From positions 186,001-250,000 of the forward strand of contig JBEUKZ010000081.1 in assembly GCA_048128005.1 (NCBI GenBank): a stretch of DNA of 64,000 bases, in the 5' to 3' direction. The position numbers were made by a program, and so were the translations under genes. This DNA is from Veleropilina oligotropha. Taxonomy: Eukaryota. Positions 22,341 to 36,634 of the stretch are shown piece by piece (positions within the stretch are counted from its first letter, which is position 1; each line of letters begins with the position of its first letter). Under the pieces are notes generated by a model, which was given only the letters and a program-made list of their open reading frames with translations, searched no databases and had not been told where the DNA came from.

Positions 22341-25300
22341 GAAAACGACTTCCCGGTGCATCCTACAAAACCTGTGATATCACCATGCAACAATGTTCAG
22401 CCATAATTGCTCTTGAAATTAAAGAAACATATATATAACAGATCGTGCTACAGTTGCTTCAGACACACTTGTACCAACAATCATTTTCAGTGATGTAAGC
22501 TGCTCAAAAGTCGATATACAGTCAGCTATAACTGCTGCGTTCACTTTCTCCCACTCACACTTAACAGATAGTCCTCAATTATATTTATTAGAGCTTCGCA
22601 AGCTATGAAAAAGCGCAAAGCTCTATTGTTATTCTACGAATTATTATTATTATTATTTTATATTTGTATGCCATTTCTTCTTCCAGCTGTAGCTCAAAAA
22701 CGGCTTTTGACAAGCGGTTCCATCTTTGACAAAATGCAGGGACAGAAGCAAAGTTTTATTTCACGAAATTTTGACGTCGTATAACTCAGCGTTCAGCCGC
22801 TATTTAAGATTAATTAAAATTTTAAACTCTTATTAAAAAACCTTGTAAAAAAGCCAGTGTGGCAAAACTTTTCAGATATGATGTACGTATTATGACGAAG
22901 TTATATTTTATTGATTGTAATTATTCACCTAAATTGCAGGATGACAACACAATATATTATCAGTGAAGCATTGTTGTAGCGAGTGTTTGATTGCATGTTG
23001 TGCCATCACTGGGGATCTCACCCGGTGGTCAGAGCCAATTAATCAGAGATGATGGTCTCCCCTGATCTTCCTAATGAGCTAAGTAATGAGCCCAGCCGGA
23101 GCTTTGGCTGAATTAACTCCCCTGTGCAGCATTGTCATCACCAACATGCTCAGATGGCGGATCCCCATAATAAAAGGAAATTAGAACCAATTGGAGCAAG
23201 AATAGTAAAGGTCAAGTTATGAATTCAATTTCTAAAATGGTCATGCATTGTAATGTTATTCATGCGAAGGTGTCGCAAGGCAAATTACATACGGTCCAGT
23301 GCAAGGACATTTGCCTATCCCATGGTGGATCGCTTGGTGTTCAGTAAGGAAGTGACTTAGGACATTTCAATCACGATACTGCACTTAAGGTCTGCTGGGA
23401 CTCAAACTCATTACATTCTGCATACCCAATTTAATGCCGCATGGCATGCCCAAGATGAAGAGATGCGATGGTGACCTGGCGCTTCTGAATGGTGCAAGGA
23501 GCGATGTTGGACCTGTGGACCAATACAGGGTCTCGGACGCAAGATGCTTATCATGATATATAGAATTACATGCGATTAATTATCTCCGATAAATGCATTA
23601 AATGAAAGCAACAAACATCATCAGTTTGTCATATAATACATTTAGTTGCTGCAGCTGCATTGTGGATAGTGTGCAGGAAAGTGGCATTTTAAACCCATTA
23701 AGGTTTCAACTACAATATGACTGAAAAATTGGAATTGATAGAAATTAAAAGATTCTAGCACTACTGGCACTGATGTATTGTCTACCACAATATATGGACA
23801 CCAATAATCATACAAGACCAATGCCGATGACTCCAGAATATAGATGCACCGAAACGACATCAACCAGCTCAACACTGATAACCGCATGGAAAAACTCTCA
23901 ATCATGGAATAGCACATTGGATGCCGAAAAAAAGAATTTAAAGAAATGTGAAGGTAAACTACAGAAACTTTAAATATTTACTCAATCTACACATAATCAA
24001 AGATATGATCCACATTAAAACTGGCAATAAAAACACATAGAATGCACATCTGTGAGTTAGGTAGCCTCAGTGCACGTCTTGACATGAACTAAGTATAACG
24101 CTATTCTGGAAAAGATGTGCTGGTAGGTGCATTGACTTCCGTATAATACACCATACCTAGACAAAATATGAAGACAGAAATATGGTCGCTGAATAATAAT
24201 TTGCAAGAAAATATTAGGTGATTCTATGCAATATATGGTCAACAAGATCACAATATAACCGCTAATTGATGTCTCTGTTTCTATACAGTGACATATACCT
24301 CATGCGCTGCAAAATGCCTCTGAAACCACACACATGGTTATTACAATTGCATAGCAACATGATCTATGCCATTTGATCAGGTTATAATGAAAAACATAAT
24401 TTCTCCATTGATGTGAAGATATAATTAACTGATTTCATACCTTGAAAACTCTTCGGATTGAATTGAATGCCAGCTAAATGGCTTCACTGCTGCTGCCTTG
24501 ACTCTGGCAATCACAAATGCTTGACAAAAAATTTACAGAGACAGCCGAACACTGCACTGCTTGATCCATGGTGCACAGAATCATGTTAACAGCAGAACAT
24601 CTCGAAGCATTTAATGGTCATCATTCTCGTCTTATGCAATTGCACGGTACGAAAACATCGATGGCAGAGTAATGGAGCTATGAGTATTGCAGCCTCCTAG
24701 GAGTTGTGCTCCACACATTCGCCAATGACAGCCGTATTACATCAATCTCATCAGTGGGCCGAGAGAAGCTCTACTCTTACCATCGGCATCTTAGGCTTGT
24801 CTTTGTTGTAAAATCAATGAGAGAACACGACCCTCGGCCCACGTGCTTTATTGTGCTCCTGCTGCCAGCAATCAATACAAACTCCGCTCCTTGATTAGCG
24901 TCAAATCGGACGGAGGTCTGTGCATCCTCAGACGCCAGTGGTAATAAAAGTAGCGAAATGTCAGAGAAGATTGCTGGCTCAAATTCAGGTTTAGTTATGA
25001 GATTTTACAGATACGAGATATTTAATTATAAAATTCACAGCAAGTCTGCAACAAATCCGGCTTGATCGAGGAGGCATTGTAGCGTGTCATCATCAACAGG
25101 TCTTTGGTGACTACTTCAGCAAACACCTCTCGGCAACATTAATGTCAAGTTCATAGGAATAAAATGCCGGAAGACATCCAATATCTTCAGATTATGGCTA
25201 GGATTGTTAAAAAGTTCACTATAATTGCTTCAATCTTACAAACTTGTTCCAGTGCCCAGTCTATTAATCAATCAGCTTGCTCGAGCTATACTTTTACTTG

Positions 25301-26455
25301 AGCGCCAATGTACTTTAATTATTCAATACTGTATGATCCATCAACGACTTAATTATAGGAAAAACACTAATTTATTGGACACAATTACTCAATGTATCCT
25401 GTATGTCTTCTTTAACAACAGCCCAAAATATCAAAAATAACAAAAACACAGATGGAATGATTGATCTACTCTAAATTACACGCAAGCATGCAAATATGGC
25501 ATTATGACGAGACAAACAGCAATTATGATGAACCAATTAATTTTAATCTAGTGCATACAGTTTTAGTCGCATGATTTGATTGATGTGACAGAAATGTCTG
25601 TGTTTTAACGACATCACGGAACTTGGCCTAACGCCGAATCAAAGATCAGAAAAACCAACAAGAAAATCAACATTGTGCACACACAGCTTCTCATATTCAG
25701 GCTTTAGTCTGGCTATTAATGAGATACGAGAGGATCAACTAGAGGACATTCGAAATCAGACTACATGTACATGTACGTAGAATTTAAAACAGAGGCCCAA
25801 ATTAAAGATTATACTCCATCGTTTTATTTTAAATACCTTCTAATTAGGCTGCACCGAGAGGATCAGAGTGTGGACTTAGAATAAACTGGCTTGACTGCCC
25901 CGTCTAGACAGGAGTGGGTTCGAATCCTTGGTGGGGCAATATAACAATTGTCAATAAATTAACTGGCAAATGAGGGTGCACGATTTTTCCCGGACGACCA
26001 GGCTTTTCTCATTTTTCTATGTAAAATATGAACACTGTCCTTGTACAACAAGGATTACAACAATTTCATCTAAAGCAAACTTACCAAATATAATCTAATT
26101 ACATGATTGCTGCTGGTTATGCCTTCTCAAGTTAATCAAGGGCCATAACTCTCATATTAAGTGACTTTTGAATTTTATCGTAATCGAAATATGTTCTGAT
26201 CATACACTCGCATATTAATTATAAAATTATTTTCAAGTTATCGCCGGAAACGAAAGCATTCTGATGTACGGATGGACGAACATGAGTATACCATATATCC
26301 TAACTTCGTTTGCAGGAATAAAACATGGAACTTAATTCTCACAGAAGAAACAACACAATTAAGTGTTTGTATAAATTTCATATTATTATTAAACACACTT
26401 AGGTCTGATAAAATTCACAACATTGTTATCAAACATAATGCATAGAATAGGTAAT

Positions 26456-26555
26456 AAATAATAACCTGCCACGCTGGACGATATCGGCGTTAATGGCTCG
26501 AGCGTAGCGAGAGACATTAAGACCGATATCGCCTTGGGGTGGCAGGTTACTATTT
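26456..26555. repeat. Imperfect 100-bp palindrome, probably the core of a non-autonomous element
   Basis: aaataataacctgccac...gtggcaggttactattt with nested gatatcgg/ccgatatc arms around gagcgtagcgag. Confidence 0.55.
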
Positions 26556-28217
26556 GTCATACATTCCATGAAAATCAATTGTAAATAGCAAGTTGTAACC
26601 CCCTAAAAATGGAATTGTCCATGATAACAGGCCATGCGCATGTATATCAAACCAGTGGACTCTTCCATTCACACCTTTTCAGTCCCTTGTTAAACCCAAG
26701 AGGTTGGCTCCACTCGAGGGAATCCCATTGTTTGGTTAATATCCCAGAACAATGAGGCTCCTTGCTCTCTCAGTCCTATTGTTCTGATATCGAGCCCACA
26801 GTATGTATGTAAAAATACAGGTAACCGGCGGCACTGATATTAAGTATAGCATCATACTGAATGTATTATAATTAGGCAATGATATTAAGCATAACATTAT
26901 ACTGCATATAATATAGACATTGAAATTAAGTACATCATGGAATTCTGCATGAACTTTTCAAGACGTTGTTCAGTGCCTGGCCTTCATAATGCCAGATGTC
27001 TTACCTGTCATTCATCACCAGTAATGACGACATATATATTATCTAAATTAATCAATTTACTCACCTCCATTAATATGTGAAACTATTTTTGTACACTTTT
27101 TGTTGAAAAAAATTATTCTTTGAGTTTTATGTAACACTACACACAAAATAAAGACTTACTTTTGCTTAATCGTCCAGCTTCAGAAATGGTTGAGCCTTGC
27201 TCCGTATACACCAGTTTCGTTGTCGCATTATTGATTAAAATTGTCAATGTATGCAATATATTTATCGGCGGATGCTCATTATCATAAATGCTGTACAATA
27301 TACATCAGTGTAACTGCATCGGCTTGCAGATCCCGCATGTTACAAACATCAATAGTTCAGGCACCGAGCAAGTTTTTTCACAATATGGATAAAGATACGT
27401 ATTTATAATTCGATGCCATTGATGCGTAAACTTCTGCAACGGATTCAATTGACTCATCTGATAACGTTCACGGATTCCATTGACTCATCTGATAACGTTC
27501 ATTAAACCTGGCGCAAAGTGCAATGTTATAACCTCAATTGTTTACATATTGCATATTATAAACGAAAACGTCTAAGCTAAGTTTGAACTCTAGTATACCC
27601 TGTTTATGAGCATTTCCTGATTAAGACAATAAGAGGTCCATACGAGGCTGTTTATATAATTACATGCTATAAATTCTTTTAGATGAAAGTGAAAAATATT
27701 TTCCAACTCTATCGATCATCCCATCCTACATGTCCTAAACAATAATATCGTTACATGTACTAGATTCTTTTAACATTTTTTAATGTCATTGGTTGAATTT
27801 TTTTACTGAAACTTCAATTTAACACCCTTCAGGACATATGTCCACACAAGGAATATATAGCGCATGGGTAAATGCAGCGCATGCCGGACAACCGCAGCCA
27901 GCCCTGGTCAGTTTGATCGTCTTATTATAAATTCATGCTTTTATAAATAATGTCTTGTAAAACAGCTATAAATTTAATAATACATTGGTTTATCAGCAAA
28001 ACCTACTACATCATATAATAATCAAATTACAACAAATTAAAATTAAAATTTACCTGCTGGAGGATGTTTATTAACAATCATGGGCCTGGTGATCTACGTT
28101 CATAGCCATTGCTACCATTTCATAAAGAACGCAGATATTGTTATTGTGTTTACTTAATGGACAGTTCAACAATGAAGTGCAGTATGTCTGGTCTGACTGG
28201 AGAATGCCCTGGAACAT

Positions 28218-28865
28218 TCCTGATCCTGGATGCATCCAATCTACCCTAGGCAACAGAGGGACTCAATTACCTGACCCTGGATGCACCCAATCTACCCTAG
28301 ACAATAGAGGGACTCAATGACCTGACCCTGGATGCGCCCAATCTACCCTAGACAACACAGGGACTCCGGACCCTGGATGCGCCCAATCTACTCTAGACAA
28401 CACTGGGACTCAATGACCTCGGACCCTGGATGTGTCCAATCTTCCCTAGGCAACAGAGGGACTCAATGGCCTGACCCTGGATGTGTCCAATGTACCCTAG
28501 GCAACAGATGGACTCAATGACCTGACCCTGGATGCGTCCAATCTACACTAGGCAACAGAGGGACTCCTAACCCTGGATGCGTCCAATCTACCCTAGGCAA
28601 CACTGGGACTCAATGACCTGACCCTGGATGAGTCCAATCTACACTAGGCAATAGAGGGACTCCTAACCCTGGATGCGTCCAATCTACCCTAGGCAACACT
28701 GGGACTCAATGACCTGACCCTGGATGCGCCCAATCTACTAGTACCCTAGGCAACACAGGGACTCCTGACCCTGGATGCGCCCAATCTCAGTAACCCTAGA
28801 CAATACAAGGACTCATTGACCCGACTCTGGATGAGCCCAATCTTATCTACCGTTGGCAACACAGA
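28218..28865 (+). repeat. ~44-51-bp minisatellite
   Basis: Unit cctgaccctggatgcgtccaatctaccctaggcaacagagggact(caatga). Confidence 0.92.
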
Positions 28866-29511
28866 CAAGAGCTAAATGCTGGGCACGGGATGCATATTCA
28901 ATGCAAGGGGACCATGATTCATTATGAGTCTATGTGCATAATACAGTGTCAGTCCAGGGAAAATATGACATTGATTGCGGCAGAAGTTTACAAAAGCGAA
29001 TCAATTAACAGAGACATTGATTTTCATTCTTCAATATAAATATGGACAATGAACATACCATGATCAATAGATTTGTTACGACTGTAACTATGGCAATTTA
29101 ATATTTTTCCAGAAGATGGCATTGATTTTTAATGCTAACATTGCATTCAATCAAGGTAATATAATAAATGCATACGTACTTTGTACAATACATTGCTAGC
29201 ACTTATGCAGGCTTCTAAGAAATATAATATTACATGACTGTATTCCAGATCTAATTTATTTATATTTCCGTCAACTAAAATTGAAAGCACATCAGATCAC
29301 TGAAGTTAAGCGACGTTGAGACCAATCAGTGACTGGATGGGTGGGTGTCCATGCCAGAAACTGGACAGGCGATGTAGATAAAAATATCGTTGATCAGATA
29401 AACTTACGACTTGACTGAAAAATTATTAACCTCTTCCCTACCGACTTTCTGGCGACTATTTTTATACATGTTAGATTTATCACATGACAAACCTGTTATG
29501 AAAGGGCAGAA

Positions 29512-29773
29512 AGGAAAGGATCGATGCTTAATGTCCCGTATATTTCCAACCATCATTTGGTTTAAACCAGGACATGTCCAAATTATCGCGGGAGGAAAGC
29601 CTGGTCGCCCGGGCAAACCCGCCCTCTTCGACAGTCACGGACAAATGTTAATCATAACTTGAACAAATGTGTGATGCCTCAGCCGGGGGTCGAACTCACT
29701 ACTGTTCGGGTCAGCGGAATTAATTCAGTGATTTTCGGAATCCACAACCGTAACACTGTACTGTCGAAGTGGC
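29512..29773 (-). mobile_element. tRNA/V-type SINE, (TTTCC)n-tail subfamily
   Basis: Homologous to the 10948 copy; flanking direct repeat aagggcagaa. Confidence 0.82.
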
Positions 29774-31590
29774 CTCGATTCGAAGGGCAGAACCCGTTTC
29801 ATATTTTCCATATATATGAATCACACGTGTAATATCTATGGAAATGAGGGCGAGCATGATGCCATCTAGTCGCATCAGGCACGAATTTGATTAGGTGGCG
29901 CATCACCCTAACTAATAACACATTGAATAATTCATACGCGTTGACTTGTCATCTGCTGACAAAACAAAGATGTGGAACTATTTTTTATTGGCATACGTAA
30001 TAATAATAAATTAATTAATAAATGAGGAGCGTTTTTCCAAAAATGTCTAACTCCGTTTTTTGTTTTGTGGAAAAAAATGACAAAAACTGATTTTACTAAA
30101 TTTAAGAAGAAATCCATTATTGTAAATATATGTATTTTAATTAAATACATATATGTATATATGCAACTTTCGACAGCCTATAATTGGATACCTTATCCGC
30201 CAATGCTTAGTATGATTGTCTCTCTTGAAAACTAGGGAATTGGCCCCTTTTGGAAAAACACAAATAATACCATTAATATAGGGATTTAGGCCGTTTTGAA
30301 GGTAATTTTATTCAGCATTGCAAGCTTCGCACATATACCAGTTATATAATACAAAAAATGGTTTTTATGCCAAAATAGGAGGGCCCTTTTGGAAAAACTC
30401 TCCTCGTATGTATTTTGGCATGGAACGTGCTGTCGAGGCATAATTAGATGCAGTCTGGGGCAGGGCGTTTTATGACTGAAAGTACTGACAGAAATCAGTT
30501 TAAAAATGTCAAGAAATGTGTCCAAGCAGGTTCAAAATTGTACATTTCTGACTTTGTCAACGGGATGATGATGTAAATTGTATTGCGAGCTATCATGAAA
30601 TTGGGTTTTTATTTCATATGGATGGGGATTCTCATCTTCAAATTGAAACCACAAGATTAGTGTTAAAATATTCCAATATTTAGAAATTTGACGACATATT
30701 AAATATTATTTAGATTTTAGCCAGATTTCTTGGAGGTCAATTATGGAGTGGACATATATGACTAATGTTATGCAATCTTCTCTTTCACATTTGATGTAGT
30801 AAGACACATTAAACTTGCTATGAACTACACATACTTATATAGTTGTACCAGTAAAAGAAACTACAATAATATGTAAATGAGGACTAATGAGACTAATTGT
30901 AAATTCAAAATGGTCGCACCTTACTCAAAATTTGCTGATAATACCCCTTTTATTGGGGGGGGGGGGGGTCATATTCGAAATGGATAAATCTTAACATATT
31001 TTCACCTTACTATATATGTTTACGAAATTTCCTGTAAAGTACTTTGAGTTTATTTTATACATCTATTCATTTTACAAATATATATACATCATTACCATAT
31101 GATCAGTATATTTTAAATTTGACCAGTGTTTAAAATTCCTGGTTGTCCATTGGCCCAGTGGTTTTAAATTTGTATTTCTAAGCCCTGTATGTCTGCTTTA
31201 CAAATTAACGGGAGGTCATAGGGTAAAAGTAAACAAGAATTACTTACACACAATAGCAGATGAAACCCAGCCATTGCACCCGATTATAAACAACTATGAA
31301 TGGGGCCCGAAGTTGAAGACGTCCGCATTAAGGAAGAAGTTGGCGCACTCACAACAGTTGCTGTTTCAAATCATCCCGGAGAAGGTGGTAATCTCTGAAC
31401 ACTGCCACGGACTCCGATCCTGATCAGTCCAAAAACACAAAACGTACACATACCTGCCAATTTACTGAGTTACTTACTGTCGGAATGAAATATTTGCAAT
31501 ATATAACCTTAAATTGTTAAACAGCTACTCCTGCACCTATTAGTCATACATAAGAAAGTATAGGGATATTCACCTAGCAATTTAGTTGGG

Positions 31591-31820
31591 ACTCTAAATT
31601 CACTGGCTTGATTCCGCTAATGCGAACAGTAGTGGGTTCAATACCTGGCTGAGGCATTGACATTTGTTCAAGTTATGAATCACAGTTGTCCACGACTGGC
31701 CGAAGAGGGCGGGTTTACCTGGGCGACCGGGGTTTCCTCCCGCGATAACATGGACATGTTCTGCCTTGAACCTCGATGTTGTAAATATACAGGACATTAG
31801 GCATCATTCCTCCTCCTCCT
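31591..31820 (+). mobile_element. tRNA/V-type SINE, 5'-truncated
   Basis: Matches the family from ACTCTAAATTCACTGG to the (TCC)n tail. Confidence 0.85.
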
Positions 31821-32790
31821 TTAGTTGGGAAATCCTTTGTAGCATCGGAAGTCTCGTGCGCAAATCATGTTTTTCCATATACTTGACATATATGGTTACT
31901 GAATTCCAGACATGTACGATGTACGGTAAAACAAAACTTGATGAGTTAATGAGATAATAAATTATATATGTCGAAGGGTCTTCTTATTACTATTTAAGTG
32001 CCAACTTCAGTTTGTCGGTGTTCAGGTAACATATACAATCTTCATACAACAAAGTGACAGCTAGAGTAAATTGAACCAAGCTTAACTCTTACTGATACAC
32101 CGACGCTAATATAAAAATAACATGGTTTTGAAGTGCGCAAGTGCTGTTTTAATGGCCCGACATGAAATTATTATCACGTGACGGGTGATCATGTGACCGT
32201 GTGCGCAGAGACTAGCAGACGACAATGTCCCTGTCGTACCAGCAGAAACCGTCTTGCAGAACATTACCCCCAGTGTAACATTCAACAACTGCACCGTAAA
32301 CATTAGTCCTCAAAAGTAGAACCCCTTGTTCCCTTGGTTTGGTTTTTGTTAATAAATTGATAACATTTTGGCATCTGATCATTCTTTTATAGCATCTGAT
32401 GATGATAGCAATAACATATGATTTTGGGGGGTGTCATGCTTTTTATTGGTCCTTCTACTGTCGAGGATTCCTGCTATTGTTACACATGAGAAAAAATCCT
32501 ACACTATTAATATATTTATCCTACAAGATAAAAATATACTTACTAATACCTTCTCCATGCATTATAATAACATGTTTACATTTTAGTGTAGCTCTCTCTG
32601 AAAAACGCGATTTTGCAATTTTGCAACCTGCATGCATGCAAAATGCAGCCATGCGCACGTTGTTTAGCCTGTAATTTGATACATGCTGCCGAATATAGAA
32701 ATATAACCCACAGCAACTGCATGATATATTATGCCATGTGCACAATGCATCGTCCATGTGCCTCTGTACGAATATAACTATACTTTTATC

Positions 32791-32824
32791 CATAGACCTA
32801 AATACAAGTGTATTTAGGTCTATG
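32791..32824. mobile_element. 34-bp palindromic mini-element, P-element-like ends
   Basis: CATAGACCTAAATACA-ag-TGTATTTAGGTCTATG flanked by a 7-bp direct repeat ttttatc. Confidence 0.7.
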
Positions 32825-32846
32825 TTTTATCACTGCATTTACAAAA

Positions 32847-32897
32847 GTCACATGATCTCAACACAGAGCTATTTTTAACCTTTGTAAAATCACGTGA
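32847..32897. promoter_or_regulatory. Candidate MITF/TFEB sites (M-box and CLEAR-like E-box) upstream of HPS3
   Basis: GTCACATGA at 32847 and TCACGTGA at 32890, 120-170 bp before the ATG of a lysosome-related-organelle gene; motif match only. Confidence 0.4.
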
Positions 32898-33014
32898 TAA
32901 GACAAAATGTCGGCTTGGGGAGTGTGATTTCATGTTTACTTCTCATGACAATTTCGAACATTAAACTGACTGGATGAACACTTAACAATTATCATTTTGC
33001 TATTTTAATTGAAG

Positions 33015-33231
33015 ATGGTGCGGGTATTGAAGTGCCACCACTTTAGGTCTCAAGTTGTGATCCCGTCTTCCACGGAACCGTTGGCCATGTGCACCGCGGG
33101 CGAGAGCACTCTCGTTGTGGCCACCAGAAACTGCGCTGTTGAAATATTCACCATTCAAAGTCGAAGCTGCCAAAAAACACAAAGTTTTCCGACTGAAGCA
33201 CCCGTTAAAGAAATATGTTATAATAAGAAAG
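33015..33231 (+). CDS. HPS3: HPS3 coding exon 1
   Basis: MVRVLKCHHFRSQVVIPSSTEP... resembles the HPS3 N-terminus (H.F.SQ....EP); GT donor, phase 1. Confidence 0.88.
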
Positions 33232-33312
33232 GTAATATGACAATGAAGACTTTTTAAAGTGGCAATGGATCAGTGGCTGCGTTGTTGGTAACATGGCATT
33301 GTGACTCATGAT

Positions 33313-33937
33313 CGCTACCTCCGCCCACATTGTTGTCTGGTCTGTCTGCCCGCGAGCATATCTCAACATCCATTGATCCGATTTACTCAATTTGTATACA
33401 TGAGATAGGGCACCGTAGCTCAGTCCGCCTCAAGAATAATCTGAATTGGAAAGCGGATTCATAATTTGTGACGCAATTTTCGGTTTGCGGATTATCTGTT
33501 CGCGAGCATATCTCAACAACCATTGATCCGATTTACTATTTACTCAATTATTTGATACGAGATAGGGTCCAGTCTAGGCTTGGTCCTCCTCAAAGATGAT
33601 CCGAATCCGAAAGCGGATCCAGATTTTATGACGCAATTAATTTCCATTTTGCACATTTTCGGCTCTATGACTATCCCAATGACCATGGATTCGATTTCCT
33701 CAATTGCTTACACATGATAAGGTATATCCTAGGCTCATCCCTCCTTAAAGATGATCAGAGTTGGAAAGGGGATCCAGATTTTATGATGCAATTTCCGATT
33801 TACAGATGCACAAATTTCAAACAGATTAGGTTCAAAATGATCTTAAATTATTATTCGCAGATGTTTCTAACTTTCACCGTCATATTCTTTGTCTGGAGGC
33901 CATGGTGACATGTTCATAAGAACAGCCTTCATTACTA
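33313..33937 (+). mobile_element. Probable HINE/pearl-like element (boundaries approximate)
   Basis: tacctccgcc start, GTCT microsatellite, three diverged internal units (catatctcaac..cattgatccgattt), ggaggc near the end. Confidence 0.4.
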
Positions 33938-34625
33938 ATACTTAAAACTGTTCAGATGGTACCGCATTAGTAACGAACACTCATGTGAACCGCAATCATA
34001 CCACAATGGTGACTGAGCTGCTAAGTGGTTGAGATGCTTGATATTGAGGAAGTAAAAACTAAGAGGCCAAATGTTTAATTAATTGTCAATCACCAGGTGT
34101 TTCATGGGCCTCATGATTTGTAAAGTGCTTGTTCCATCACTCGCTTGACTGCTCTGATTAACAGCTGCAAGTTTGAATTGCACTCTTTATTTAGTTAACA
34201 TGCAATCACAGTTTTCCATAACTTGCAAGTGCAAGCGGGTTTTCCTCTCAATATAATATGAGCATATCCTAACATTACACTGAATAGCTTTAAAATGGGA
34301 ATTACGCATTGATCTAAGGGAAACATCTAAATGCGTGCATGGATCCCCCACCTACATACACAATTGATAATAATTAACGGTTGAATGAAACAATTTCAAT
34401 CTGCCTCCGATGCTTCTGTCTCCAAGGCACAGGATAAAGTCAATTTATCATCTAGTCACATTGACTCACAATGGTACATATGTACATGTCAGACAATTAG
34501 ATGATCATTTATGTCATAACAACATTTTGTGATGCCAGATGAAAGTTGTAAATGACTTCAAGTAATATGAATCCAGATCACGATATTGATATAATTACCT
34601 TTTCTATGACTTTTTACTCCAATAT

Positions 34626-34953
34626 GCAGCCGTGGTACAGTGGTAGATGCACTGGCCTCTTGTCGAGAGGTTTGGGGTTCAATCCCCGACCCCGGCGAAT
34701 TTCCTTGGACAAGGAATTAAGCATATATGTGCCTCGGTTCACCCAGCTGACTTAATTGGGTACCTGGTTGGCGTGTTAATTAGTCGTAGCGCTTACAATT
34801 GGCAGCATGACTGTAATACTCTCACAGAGAGCGGAGATGGATCTTGCATGATCAGAACAGGCCGATAAAAAAGCCAGGGATAATAATGTCTGCACTTAGA
34901 GCATGTTATTACATGGATTACAGTGCATTATAAATGGACTATTATTATTATTA
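34626..34953 (+). mobile_element. tRNA-derived SINE with Nin/Deu-like domain
   Basis: A box TGGTACAGTGG, B box GGTTCAATCCC, GCCTCGGTTCACCCAGCTG..TGGGTACC, (TAT)n tail. Confidence 0.72.
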
Positions 34954-35838
34954 TCTTGTTTGCTGACAGTTCTCGACATGTTGGCGGGGCCGCTTCGGCA
35001 GCACAGTGGGTAGAGTGTCCACTCTAAATTCACTGGCTTGATTCCGCTAATGCGAACAGTAGTGGGTTCAATACCTGGCTGAGGCATTGAAATTTGTTCA
35101 AGTTATGAATCACAGTTGTCCGTGACTCGTCGAAGAGGGCGGGTTTACCCGGGTGACCAGGGTTTCCTCCCGCGATAACACGGACATGTCCTGCCTTGAA
35201 CCTCGATGTTGTAAATATACAGGACACAGTGTTTGTAACCCGTCGGGTTTTCCGACAAAAATCGGATTCAGACAATTTTATCGGATATCGTCGGATTTGC
35301 GTGATTTTGCTTCTTCTGCGTCGGGATTTGATACATTTCCAACTAACTTTAAAATTATTACAATTAAAATACAAATACTAGTACATAAATACTCCGTACA
35401 TTCCATATGCCAAATACTACGATAATTGTGTTCCTGATATTTAATCAAACTTGATTTTCTGACATCGTACAAGGGCCGATTTGTACAAGGCTTCTGCCGT
35501 ACAATTTCCCGATGCTTTTTGTTTACATTGTCCGTCTTTTCCCGATGAATCTTTGTCAGCTCGTTTACTTCCGTAATCTATTCATTACCATTGAAACAAT
35601 GCTCGGGGAAGAGTGTGTTCGTGGTTACCTCCCCTGACAGCACACTATTTTAAGCTGGAACTTATTCCGTTATCGAAAACTTTATTTAAAATTATAAAGC
35701 ATCGTCTCTCACATGAAATAAAATAATGTACTATCATAAGTCAAAATTTAAAAAAATAATTTATTTAACACACTCTCGCGTGATAGGGCCATGTGCGAAT
35801 TTGAAAGCTGAAGTAAAAATGGGTTTACACTCCTGCAG

Positions 35839-35986
35839 GGCCCCGTTTCACAAAAAATCGTAGGCGTAGTCATAGATGTAATGGAATCTTACGACAATTT
35901 TTAATTGGCTGTTTAATTGGCTGTTAAGCCAGTCAAAAATTGTCGTAAGATTCTATTACGTCTACGATTTTTTGTGAAACGGGGCC
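35839..35986. mobile_element. PIF/Harbinger-type palindromic MITE
   Basis: TIR GGCCCCGTTTCACAAAAAATCGTAG; CAG TSD on both sides. Confidence 0.8.
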
Positions 35987-36215
35987 CAGCGCCGATTTAT
36001 TGAAGACCTAAATGGTGGTTTGTATGGTGATTGGATTGGATTGTGAAAAAGACTCATTTAACGTAACTTGTGTGTTTTGTATGTCAAATATACGCATTAA
36101 AGAGGGTGAAAAGGCACTTTACAATTAAATTTTGATGCGTGGTGTCGCAATAATTGTACAAACATATCAATACCGAGTTGAGCATTGGTTGCAGAAGTTG
36201 TGAGCATTACATGTA

Positions 36216-36568
36216 CTAGCAATGGTACCCGTCTCCGCCGGGTAAGTCCCCCCACCCCATTTTTTTTTTTTTTTTTTTTTGGATAGTGCTCCCTTAAATA
36301 ATTTTTTTTTTTCCCGAATTTTCCGAATTTTTTTCGTGGTAAACCTTCCTTGGGGGACCCTGATTAACCCCCCAAAGTTTGAAGGTCCTAGGTCAAAGCG
36401 TCTGGGAGGAGTTCAACTTGAAACAGACAGACAGACAGACAGACACACACACATAAAATTAGAATTTTCCGAATTTTTTTCGTGGTAAACCTTCCTTGGG
36501 GGACCCCGATTAACCCCCCAAAGTTTGAAGGTCCTAGGTCAAAGCGTCTGGGAGGAGTTCAACTTGAA

Positions 36569-36599
<31 letters not shown>

Positions 36600-36634
36600 C
36601 ACACACATACAATTATAGCTCCATTATATTAAGA
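36216..36634 (-). mobile_element. Non-autonomous Helitron
   Basis: Minus strand 5' TC, 3' CTAG, inserted in an A|T site, subterminal hairpin tacccg..cgggta, (CAGA)n tract, internal ~145-bp duplication. Confidence 0.72.

Noticed and set aside
22585..28000. Coding genes in the AT-rich interval
   Set aside because: Only short ORFs without recognisable motifs; probably old repeat debris.
29291..29345. 5S rRNA gene
   Set aside because: Only a diverged ~55-nt internal piece; more likely a 5S-derived SINE remnant.
34626..34700. Functional tRNA genes (also the V-SINE heads)
   Set aside because: Followed by SINE bodies, tails and often TSDs; no canonical anticodon arm.
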